Shown here: positions 46,232 to 54,969 of the stretch, piece by piece
Layout of the letters: every line of letters starts with the position of its first letter
Numbering within the stretch: the first letter of the stretch is position 1
Assembly: GCA_017502525.1 (NCBI GenBank)
Contig: JAFVUV010000010.1
Span: 494-64,493, forward strand
Reading direction: 5' to 3'
Origin: Clostridia bacterium
Lineage (GTDB): Bacteria > Bacillota > Clostridia > Christensenellales > Borkfalkiaceae
Length of the DNA: 64,000 nucleotides
Position numbers and translations under genes: made by a program
Notes under the pieces: generated by a model
Seen by the model: the letters and a program-made list of their open reading frames with translations, nothing else
Told to the model about the DNA's origin: nothing
Database searches by the model: none

Positions 46232-47536
46232 ATGAAAAAATTATTAACGTCAATTCTTTCGATTATGTTAGCAGTTCTTGTGGCTTTTGGAATGACGGCG
46301 TGTGGTGGTGGAGATGACTCTACTGACGCAGATGGCAACACTATTGTAAAAATAATGTTCCATGTAAACAAGACTTCAACTGAAGGACAAGCATACTTAA
46401 AGCGCATAAATGCGTTTAACGCGGCATACAAAGATGAAAAGATTAAAGCGCAAGGTATTTTCAAGGCTCGTACGGCAGGGGCTTCCGGTTATGAAACTGA
46501 ACTTTTAAACAACCAAATAGAAGGCACTCTTGCAGACATTATTACTTTTGACGCACCAAACACGGCAGCTTACGCTAAATCTGGTTTGCTTTACGAAATT
46601 TCTAGTTTGATTCCAACAAGCGAACAGGAAAAGTTCTTTTCACTTAACAAATATGACGGTAAATTGTTTGGTTTGCCTATTCAAGAATCAAGTGCAGGTT
46701 TTTTCTACAACAAAAAGATGTTTGCTCAAGTAGGGATTAACGTAAGTGGTTACACAGCTGAAAATCCTTGGACTTTTGAACAATTCAAAAATGTTTGTGC
46801 TCAATTAAAAAATGCTGGAAAAACTGCAGTAGATATGCGCATTGACGCAACTAAAGATGAAACTGCACCCTACTTATTATATCCATTTATTTATGCGGCT
46901 GGTGGTAGCTTTACCGATAGCACGGGTTATACTGCGACCGGATATTACAATTCTGCGTCAACAGAAAGAGGCTTCCAATTTATTAAGGACTTAATCACTG
47001 AAGGGTATACTTCTTACGAAATCGGCGCAACCGACTTCTTTACGGGGAAGGTAGGTATGTATTTGTCTTCTGGTTGGACTATTCCAGACTTGGATAATAA
47101 ATATAAAGATTTTTTTGCAAACAGAGATGATTGGGGTTTATTACCCTATCCAAAAGATGTTGCAGCTGCAAGTGCAACAGGTAGCTGGTCTTATGCAATT
47201 ACTAACAATCACCATTCTAATAAAGAGCCTATCGTTAAACTCTTAAATTGGATGACTTCTGCTGAAAGTTCAAAGGCTATAACTGATGCAACTGGTATGA
47301 TTCCTGCTCGTAGAGACGTGCAGAATGATTATGCTCCTGGTTCACCAGAATACACTTTATTAAAACAATTAGAACTTTCTGGTAGAGAACGTCCCGTAAC
47401 TGTAGCTTATCCAACTTTCTCAACCACTTTCAATCAAGTAATTACAGGTTTACATTCATATTCTGTTGCAACCCTACTAAGTACAGCAACAAACACATTG
47501 CAATTAGAAATGAACAGATTGCAAAATCTTGCTTAA
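46232..47536 (+). CDS. Sugar ABC transporter substrate-binding lipoprotein
   Basis: AAGGAG RBS before the ATG at 46232. Signal peptide + lipobox GMTACGG. Family-1 SBP size. Confidence 0.85.
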   Translation: MKKLLTSILSIMLAVLVAFGMTACGGGDDSTDADGNTIVKIMFHVNKTSTEGQAYLKRINAFNAAYKDEKIKAQGIFKARTAGASGYETELLNNQIEGTLADIITFDAPNTAAYAKSGLLYEISSLIPTSEQEKFFSLNKYDGKLFGLPIQESSAGFFYNKKMFAQVGINVSGYTAENPWTFEQFKNVCAQLKNAGKTAVDMRIDATKDETAPYLLYPFIYAAGGSFTDSTGYTATGYYNSASTERGFQFIKDLITEGYTSYEIGATDFFTGKVGMYLSSGWTIPDLDNKYKDFFANRDDWGLLPYPKDVAAASATGSWSYAITNNHHSNKEPIVKLLNWMTSAESSKAITDATGMIPARRDVQNDYAPGSPEYTLLKQLELSGRERPVTVAYPTFSTTFNQVITGLHSYSVATLLSTATNTLQLEMNRLQNLA

Positions 47537-47595
47537 AAATAAAATTATTTTTCCCTTAAGAGATACGAGGGAAAAACAAAATCATAGGTAAAAAA

Positions 47596-48570
47596 ATGTT
47601 ACGTACAACACTTATCATTTTGGCAATTTTTGTCGCGCTGTTCGTAGGATTTGTGATTTACGACCTAAAAACAGCGAAAAGGCGTAGAGAGACATATCGT
47701 ACAAAATCTAGCATAACGGCATACTTAATGTTGTTACCTGCAGTAATTTTGGCTTTTTTGTTTATATTGTTACCGATACTTTATTCTCTAGGATACGCAT
47801 TTACAGACTATTATTTGTTAAAACCAAACGATATAAATTTTATATGGTTTGATAACTTTAAAAATTTTTTTGAAGAACTTAAAACAAAAGGAACACTTTA
47901 CAATGCTATAAAGAACACACTTACTTTCGTAGTCGGTGTTGTGCCATTGCAGATTGGGTTAGGACTTTTGCTTTCATTATTTGTAAATCGTCCTGGTATA
48001 GGAAGCAAAATATTTAAGGTTTGTTTCTTTGCTCCCGTTGTAATTTCTTTAAGCGTTACTTCATTTTTGTGGCTACAAATTTTAGCAGCCGGTGAAAACG
48101 GCTTGTTAAACTCTTTGTTGGGAGTTTTTGGCTTTCCTCCACATGATTGGCTTCGTGACCCGAAAACTGCAATGCCGTGTATTATCGTGCTTAGCGCTTG
48201 GCAAGGCTGTGGTTATCAAATGCTTATATTCTTATCGGGGCTATCTAATATTCGTAAGGAATTATATGAAGCGGCTTCGCTTGATGGTGCAAACATATGG
48301 CGCAAGTTTTGGCTTGTTACTTGGCCGGGTCTTCGTTCAACTTTTGTTTATATAATCATCACTGTTTTTATTGGGGCGTGCAGGATACTAACTCAACCAA
48401 TGCTAATGACAGGTTATCAAGACCATACTGTTACGCTGTCCTACTATATGTACCAACAAGGTTATACTTTCCGTTGGGTAGGTCAATCTTCAGCAGTTGC
48501 CTTGATTATGACCATATTTATTGGTGGAATAACCTTAATTCAACGTAGAATTTTTAGGGAGAAAAAGTAA
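47596..48570 (+). CDS. Sugar ABC transporter permease (MalF-like)
   Basis: Multiple TM helices. EAA loop EAASLDGANIWRKFWLVTWPGL. Confidence 0.88.
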   Translation: MLRTTLIILAIFVALFVGFVIYDLKTAKRRRETYRTKSSITAYLMLLPAVILAFLFILLPILYSLGYAFTDYYLLKPNDINFIWFDNFKNFFEELKTKGTLYNAIKNTLTFVVGVVPLQIGLGLLLSLFVNRPGIGSKIFKVCFFAPVVISLSVTSFLWLQILAAGENGLLNSLLGVFGFPPHDWLRDPKTAMPCIIVLSAWQGCGYQMLIFLSGLSNIRKELYEAASLDGANIWRKFWLVTWPGLRSTFVYIIITVFIGACRILTQPMLMTGYQDHTVTLSYYMYQQGYTFRWVGQSSAVALIMTIFIGGITLIQRRIFREKK

Positions 48571-48571
48571 T

Positions 48572-49492
48572 ATGGATAAAAAAGCAATTCAACAGTTACC
48601 TAATTTTAGACCTAATAAAACTCCTGTAAAGAAAACGGTTAAAGAAGTTGTTTATCACGTTGTTGGCATTGTGTTGTCATTGATATTTTTGTTTCCAATA
48701 ATATATATGCTTGCTACTTCTACAAAAAGCGAATCTTCTTATGCTGCAGGACTAGGAAGTTTATCAATGTTCCTTCCAGATTTTGCAAACGTAGGAACAA
48801 TGTTTGAAAATTACAAAAGCGTTTTAGTAAATTATGATATTTGGAAATATGCGCTTAACAGTTTCTTATATGCAGCAATAGTAATCGTGTTGAACGTAAT
48901 AGTGAATGGTCTTGCAGGTTATGTAATGGCAAAACTTCGTTTTCCAGGCAAAAGGTTGTTATCGTTTATGATAATATTCCTTATAGTCGTTCCAGTTGAA
49001 ACGTCAATTATTCCGTTATATTCGATAGTAAAGATTATGCTTGGGTTAAAGCAACAGATGACGGTTATAGGTGTGATTTTGCCTGCAACCATAAGCATAT
49101 TTAACATATTCTTGTTTACGCAATTTTTTGAAGGTATTCCAAAAGAATACGAAGAAGCGGCTAGAATAGACGGTTCAAATACGCTTGGAGTATTTGCGAA
49201 GGTAATAATGCCTTTATCAAAACCAATTATCGCTACGGTGGCTGTTTTCTGTTTTATCGGCGTGTGGAACGATTATTTATGGCCATCAATGATACTACCT
49301 TCTGCTGATGATGGTTCGTGGCCGTTATTGCCAATACAAACGGCACTTATGGATATTCAAAAACAGGAGGGCATTACAACGGGGGAAATTATGTCGTCGC
49401 TAATTATAACTAGTATTCCAATTTTTGTTATTTACGTTGCGGCACAAAAGTATATCGTTCAGGGGTTCGGAACTGCTGGACTTAAAATGTAA
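48572..49492 (+). CDS. Sugar ABC transporter permease (MalG-like)
   Basis: EAA loop EAARIDGSNTLGVFAKVIMPL. Starts 1 nt after the upstream stop. Confidence 0.88.
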   Translation: MDKKAIQQLPNFRPNKTPVKKTVKEVVYHVVGIVLSLIFLFPIIYMLATSTKSESSYAAGLGSLSMFLPDFANVGTMFENYKSVLVNYDIWKYALNSFLYAAIVIVLNVIVNGLAGYVMAKLRFPGKRLLSFMIIFLIVVPVETSIIPLYSIVKIMLGLKQQMTVIGVILPATISIFNIFLFTQFFEGIPKEYEEAARIDGSNTLGVFAKVIMPLSKPIIATVAVFCFIGVWNDYLWPSMILPSADDGSWPLLPIQTALMDIQKQEGITTGEIMSSLIITSIPIFVIYVAAQKYIVQGFGTAGLKM

Positions 49493-49503
49493 GAGAGGAT
49501 TTT

Positions 49504-52005
49504 ATGAGATTTAACAAAATTATAGCATTAATACTCGGTTGTGTTATGTGCTCCGGGATATTTGTTTCTGGCTGCGGTCAGGCAAATAAAGATGAACTTT
49601 CAAAATCACTTGCCCTACACTATTCGTTAGACGAAGTGGACGGAAGTGTGGCAAAAGAAGCTGTTACTAATAAAGACTACACGATAAATTATGTGTTTAA
49701 CCAATCTAATGCAGATACGCTTTTTAAACAACCAAACGACCCACTTAGAAGAAAGGGCGTAAAAGGAAACGCTCTCTACATGGATGGCTTTTCAAACAAT
49801 ATTGTAAACAAAGACTTCAAAGCGCCAACTTCGGCAATTACTATGTCGGCTTGGGTTGCACCGAGAGTTTTTGAAAATATAGTTAATTATGATGATGCTT
49901 CAGATGCAGCTGGGCACACTCGTTTAACGTCTATTATCAATAAAGGCGATATCGAAATGGGTGAAGGATTTTTACTCGGTTATGGTAGGCTTGGTCTTTG
50001 GGGCGTTCAATTAGCACTTAGCAACCAAGAAACAGGCGAGGACGTTGTTGTAGGTTTTTACGACCCTATCAACACTTTGCCTTTATATGAATGGTCGCAC
50101 GTAGCAATTACTTTTGACGGTAATATCGGTTATATCGCATTGTTTTTTAATGGTCAAAAATCTTACGAAGCGTTAATTCCTGAACTTCAAGCAACTAAAA
50201 TTATTTCTACAGAAGAACCTTTGCGTATTGGTTGCTATGTATCTCCACAAATTGAGTTTGGTATTAAAAGACAAATGATTTCAGGACTTTTAGATGAAGT
50301 TAAAATTTATTCTTCATCTTTAACGCCAAAACAAGTATTAGATATTTACAATGACACCGATTATGATGGAACTCATCCAGAACTTGCTTGGGAAGACGTT
50401 GCGTTAGATTCATCAGTTTACGAAGGGGATAGATATCGCCCACAATATCACGCATTACCGCCAGCAGTTTGGATGAATGAACCACACTCGCCCTTCTATT
50501 ACAAAGGTATGTATCATGTGTTCTACCAACATAATCCAGCGGGACCATACTGGTCGCAGATACGCTGGGGACACTTGGTAAGTAACGATATGGTTCATTG
50601 GAAATACGTTAAAGATGCTGTTGTTCCAACCGCAGGCGTTTGTCCGGAAGGTATCTGGACGGGTGGCGCTTGTATAGGTCCAGACGGAACTCCATGGCTT
50701 GCTATAACGGCAGGTACGAATACTTCTACTTGGACGGGGCAAAACGTTGCTTTTGCGCATGCAAAAGACCCTAATGACCCATACTTAGTTGATTGGGTTA
50801 TAGAAGATAAGTTGGTTATCACTCAGCCTAGTGATGGCTCTGCGGGTAGAAGAGAGCAATTCCGCGACCCATTTGTTTGGTACGATGACGGAACGTATTA
50901 TATGATGGTTTCTTCTTCAACACCAAACGGAGGTGGCACTGCTGTAATATATACTTCAGAAAATATGAGAGAGTGGAATCATCGTGGTTTTGTATATGAA
51001 TGCGACATTAACTTGTATCCTGAACAAGGAAGAAACTGGGAATGTGTAGTATTATTACCGATAACCACAAAAGACGGCTCTCAAACTAAATATATCTTAT
51101 TTGACTGCCCACAATATGAACCAAGTGAAGGATGGACGGTTGAATGTTATTATTGGATTGGAAGATTTGATAAAAACACTTGTAGATTTATTCCAGATGA
51201 CCATAAACCAAAGTTGTTTGATTTAGGCAGAGGTGTTTATACAGGTCAAAATGGATACTGTTTCTTGACCGAAGAAGATATCGCAAGTGGCAAGACAAAT
51301 TATGAACAAGGTAGAACGGTTATTTATTCGATTGCACAGGGTAAAGATGCGGGTACGGCTCAAAACTACACGGCTGGTTGGGCGCATAACTTTGCAATCC
51401 CACTAGAATTATGGCTTTCAGATGATGGTAATGAAGTAATTCGTGAACCTATTAAAGAGATATCTTCGCTTAGAACGGAAACTTTATATGATTATAAGGG
51501 CGAAGGAAAGACGGCTAGCGAAATCAACTCAAATATTTCTTCTATTCGTGGAGACACCTTAGAAATAAGGGCAAAAATAGAATTATCTCCATCAAGCAAT
51601 GATTATTCTGGTGGCATCTATGTTAGATACAATCCTAACGAGGTAAACAACTTAACCGAAAGAACGGAAATAGTTTTCTCTAATGGTGGTGTTTTCGTTG
51701 ATAGAAATAAATCTTCTCTATTAGATTACGTAACCAAACAACCAAGCCATACTTGGAATAGAGTAAAAAATGAGTATGAAGTAATCATATTGTTAGATCG
51801 CTCTATGTTAGAAGTTTACGTTGATGGAGTTATGAGTTTTACGACTAGAATTTATCCTAAATATGGCGACTCAGATTATCTAAGAGTATTTGACAACAAT
51901 TCAAACATTAAATTTACCGAATTTACCGTTTATCGTATGGGAAGTGCGTATAGCGACACGTTAACACCAGCCTATTACGGCAACGTTGGTAACCTTGGGG
52001 ACTAG
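49504..52005 (+). CDS. GH32-family lipoprotein with N-terminal LamG/ConA-like domain; nucleophile motif variant (Glu instead of Asp)
   Basis: Lipobox VSGCGQ. LamG-like N-terminal domain (GNALYMDGFSN...LDEVKIYSSSL). WMNEPHSPFYYKGMYHVFYQHNP replaces the canonical WMNDPNG. FRDPFVW and NWECVVL are retained. Confidence 0.8.
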   Translation: MRFNKIIALILGCVMCSGIFVSGCGQANKDELSKSLALHYSLDEVDGSVAKEAVTNKDYTINYVFNQSNADTLFKQPNDPLRRKGVKGNALYMDGFSNNIVNKDFKAPTSAITMSAWVAPRVFENIVNYDDASDAAGHTRLTSIINKGDIEMGEGFLLGYGRLGLWGVQLALSNQETGEDVVVGFYDPINTLPLYEWSHVAITFDGNIGYIALFFNGQKSYEALIPELQATKIISTEEPLRIGCYVSPQIEFGIKRQMISGLLDEVKIYSSSLTPKQVLDIYNDTDYDGTHPELAWEDVALDSSVYEGDRYRPQYHALPPAVWMNEPHSPFYYKGMYHVFYQHNPAGPYWSQIRWGHLVSNDMVHWKYVKDAVVPTAGVCPEGIWTGGACIGPDGTPWLAITAGTNTSTWTGQNVAFAHAKDPNDPYLVDWVIEDKLVITQPSDGSAGRREQFRDPFVWYDDGTYYMMVSSSTPNGGGTAVIYTSENMREWNHRGFVYECDINLYPEQGRNWECVVLLPITTKDGSQTKYILFDCPQYEPSEGWTVECYYWIGRFDKNTCRFIPDDHKPKLFDLGRGVYTGQNGYCFLTEEDIASGKTNYEQGRTVIYSIAQGKDAGTAQNYTAGWAHNFAIPLELWLSDDGNEVIREPIKEISSLRTETLYDYKGEGKTASEINSNISSIRGDTLEIRAKIELSPSSNDYSGGIYVRYNPNEVNNLTERTEIVFSNGGVFVDRNKSSLLDYVTKQPSHTWNRVKNEYEVIILLDRSMLEVYVDGVMSFTTRIYPKYGDSDYLRVFDNNSNIKFTEFTVYRMGSAYSDTLTPAYYGNVGNLGD

Positions 52006-52014
52006 GAGGGGAAT

Positions 52015-54492
52015 ATGCGTAAAAAACTATTTATTATTTTGAGTGTTTTAAGCACTATATTCTTTTGCTTAGGAATAGTGGGTTGCAAACAAGAGCAAAT
52101 TATTTCAAAAACCATCTTAAACGGCGGTTTTGAAACGGCTAATCTTTCAGGTTGGACGGTTGAATACGGCAATGCTTTTAACGATGATTGTGTTTCATCT
52201 AACAAAACGTTCACCTTTGCAGATGATATAAACAACAATCAACTTCAAATTAACCAAACGGGAAATTGGTATTTGACAGGTAAGGGCTATCACGGCAAAT
52301 TTTCTGGCGCAAGAACGGGCGCTATTCGTTCAACAAACTTTGTTATTCCACAAGACGGCGTGATTAGTGTAAAACTTGCAGGCGGAGCACTGACTATTGG
52401 GAAAGGAGATAACGCACCTAAAAAATCAAAGGAAAAGCTTTGTTACGTTGGTATATATACGGCAGATGATAACCAGTTGATTGCGATGCAAACTAACGAG
52501 TATTTTCACGAACATACTGAAGATTATGTAATGCCAAATAGATACGCAGCAGGCGTTTACAATACCGATAATTTCTATGAATACTTTATTGATTTGTCAG
52601 AATATAAAAATCAGGAAGCGTATATTAGAATCGTTGATAACGATGATAGTTGGTATTATGGATACTTTGCTGTAGATGACATTAAGATTGGTGAGTATAC
52701 AGATTCACAAGAAGAAGGCGCATTTTTCACCAAAACTTTAATTTATGAAACGGAAGCGCAAGCACCGTCAATTTACGAAATTAAAAATGGTGGTTTTGAA
52801 ACGGGTTCGCTTGCAGGCTGGACCATTGTTGAAGGCGAAGCTTTTTCTAACGATGGCGTTAATACTGAAGACGTTTGGTGGAACGAAAATATAACTTATT
52901 CTCGTGATGGAAATTACCATTACGGACATTATATGCCATCGGCAACAGGCGTTTTACGCTCTTCAGAATTTGTTTTAGGTGGCTCTGGATACGTTAGTTA
53001 CAAACTAGGTGGTTGTGCAGATAACTCTAAAACGTATATAAGATTTATGCTTAAGACGGAAGGCGAGCCTGTTGAAGTTGCAAAATACTCTAACTTCAAA
53101 TATTGGAATTTCCAATTCCCATACGTTCAAAACGGTATGAGACTTTTAAATTTAATTCAATATTATGCAGACCTTTCAGCATACATTGGCGAAACGTTAT
53201 ATATCGAAGTTGTTGACAACAACACTTCAAGCGATGAATTAGGTTGTATCACTTTGGACAGCGTTCAAACGTATTGGGAAGAAAAGCCTATTTGGTACGA
53301 TACAGAATCTTTCTTTGCTGTTTATGATGGTGATGAAATGCCAGAGAGCGAATATCAAGTTGTAAACGGTGGTTTTGAATCTGGCGACCTTACGGGGTGG
53401 ACGTTAGCAGGCGATAAAATTGGTCAAGTAACCAACGCTTACGGTTGGTGGGCTGAAAATCTGCCATATAATAAGAAAGGCACATACTTATTCTCAGGTA
53501 TAGTTGACGAAGGTGCTGGCGTGTTAGAATCAAATAAAGGAACGTTAACAAGTTCTGCGTTTACCGTGGGTGGCAGTGGATACATTACCTATTTGTTAGG
53601 TGGTGGTGGAAATCCGGTAGAATGTTATATCTCTATTATTGATGCTACTACTGAAGAAGAAGTTGCTCGTTTTGCAAACAGATTGTTTAGCGACCAAGGT
53701 ATTGGAATTATAAATAACGGCAGTAACCTTGCAAATATGGTTTGGTATAAAGCTGACTTAACCGAGTTTATGGGAAGAAGCTTAAAGATTCGAGTAGTTG
53801 ACAATGGGGCAACTAATTGGGGACTTATCACGGTAGATAGTTTTGTAACTTACTACAAAGAACTAGCAGGTGTGCCTGCAAAAGCAAATCTTGCTGTAAA
53901 TATTAAACCTGAACCGTTACCAGATGAAATTCTTGGTGAAAACAATCCTTATCAGGTTCTTAACGGCGACTTTGAGTCAGGGGATTTAACTGGTTGGACA
54001 CTCGTTAAAGATAGCGGAGTAACCGAAATTGGTTACGTAAGTGAACAAGAAGTGTTCTGGAAAAACGCAAATAAACCTTACAATAAAGACGGTAGATTTT
54101 TATTTACAGGTATAGAAGACGTTATGGGCTCTATGGAAGCGGCAAAGGGTACTTTAACTAGTTCAAACTTTACCGTTGGCGGATGTGGTTTTATAACGTT
54201 CAAACTCGGTGGTGGATATAACGAAAATTGCTATATTGAAATTGTTAACGCTACTAATGGTCAAGCAATAGCAAAATACCATAACGATAATGCAGATAGT
54301 AACGAAGGTTATATGTTCCAATATAAAGCAGACCTTACGCAATTTATCGGACAAGAAGTTTACATTAGAATTGTGGACCAAGCGGAAAATGCTTGGGGTT
54401 GTTTAGCAGTAGACAGTTTCATAACTTATTATGGACAAAGCACAGAGTTGCCAACAGCAACTCTTGCTGAAAATAAATTATCTAATAATTAA
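52015..54492 (+). CDS. Lipoprotein made of four tandem ~190-aa beta-sandwich-like modules; putative surface fructan-binding protein
   Basis: Lipobox IVGCKQ. Modules start at ~52119, 52785, 53365 and 53962 with NG(G/D)FE(T/S)G.L.GWT. Each contains GTLTSS.FTVGG.G(Y/F)IT..LGGG and ends ...VD.F.TYY. Confidence 0.6.
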   Translation: MRKKLFIILSVLSTIFFCLGIVGCKQEQIISKTILNGGFETANLSGWTVEYGNAFNDDCVSSNKTFTFADDINNNQLQINQTGNWYLTGKGYHGKFSGARTGAIRSTNFVIPQDGVISVKLAGGALTIGKGDNAPKKSKEKLCYVGIYTADDNQLIAMQTNEYFHEHTEDYVMPNRYAAGVYNTDNFYEYFIDLSEYKNQEAYIRIVDNDDSWYYGYFAVDDIKIGEYTDSQEEGAFFTKTLIYETEAQAPSIYEIKNGGFETGSLAGWTIVEGEAFSNDGVNTEDVWWNENITYSRDGNYHYGHYMPSATGVLRSSEFVLGGSGYVSYKLGGCADNSKTYIRFMLKTEGEPVEVAKYSNFKYWNFQFPYVQNGMRLLNLIQYYADLSAYIGETLYIEVVDNNTSSDELGCITLDSVQTYWEEKPIWYDTESFFAVYDGDEMPESEYQVVNGGFESGDLTGWTLAGDKIGQVTNAYGWWAENLPYNKKGTYLFSGIVDEGAGVLESNKGTLTSSAFTVGGSGYITYLLGGGGNPVECYISIIDATTEEEVARFANRLFSDQGIGIINNGSNLANMVWYKADLTEFMGRSLKIRVVDNGATNWGLITVDSFVTYYKELAGVPAKANLAVNIKPEPLPDEILGENNPYQVLNGDFESGDLTGWTLVKDSGVTEIGYVSEQEVFWKNANKPYNKDGRFLFTGIEDVMGSMEAAKGTLTSSNFTVGGCGFITFKLGGGYNENCYIEIVNATNGQAIAKYHNDNADSNEGYMFQYKADLTQFIGQEVYIRIVDQAENAWGCLAVDSFITYYGQSTELPTATLAENKLSNN

Positions 54493-54505
54493 AGGAGGAA
54501 AGCAA

Positions 54506-54688
54506 ATGGAAAAACTTACAAAGCATGCACAAAAAGACTCGCTTAATATTGCTAAAAAATCATATGAGCCAAGCAAGTTAGAAATTGTTACGTTTACTCA
54601 AGACGTGATGGTTTCATCATCATTTGAGACTAAAGGTTTATATGACAAAACAGATGGCGTTTGGGATTGGAATTTGTTTGGAGATTAA
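54506..54688 (+). CDS. Small peptide P3 (60 aa), divergent paralog of P1/P2
   Basis: AGGAGGAAAG RBS. Product: MEKLTKHAQKDSLNIAKKSYEPSKLEIVTFTQDVMVSSSFETKGLYDKTDGVWDWNLFGD. Shares KK.Y....L........DV..SS and a Gly/Tyr/Asp/Trp-rich tail with P1/P2. Confidence 0.55.
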   Translation: MEKLTKHAQKDSLNIAKKSYEPSKLEIVTFTQDVMVSSSFETKGLYDKTDGVWDWNLFGD

Positions 54689-54693
54689 AACAA

Positions 54694-54930
54694 ATGAGAA
54701 AAGGTTTATTAATGCTGTTAGCTTTAATATTGATGTTTGTAATCCCTCTAGGGCTACTTTCTGCTTGCGGGGACGTACCACCGGATAGTGGTGGAATCGA
54801 AACACCCGGTGAAATACCCGATGAAGATGGTGGAGAAACTCCTAGCGAAACACCTGAAGAGGAAGGTGGCGGTTTTACAGGAAATTTACCTGGAAATCCA
54901 AACAAAGAAAACATTTATATAGCTAACTAA
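54694..54930 (+). CDS. Small acidic Pro/Gly/Glu-rich lipoprotein (78 aa)
   Basis: Signal peptide + lipobox LLSACGD, followed by the low-complexity stretch GGIETPGEIPDEDGGETPSETPEEEGGG. Confidence 0.55.
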   Translation: MRKGLLMLLALILMFVIPLGLLSACGDVPPDSGGIETPGEIPDEDGGETPSETPEEEGGGFTGNLPGNPNKENIYIAN

Positions 54931-54969
54931 AAACAAAATTAAAAAATAAAATTTAGAGAGAAAAGAAAT

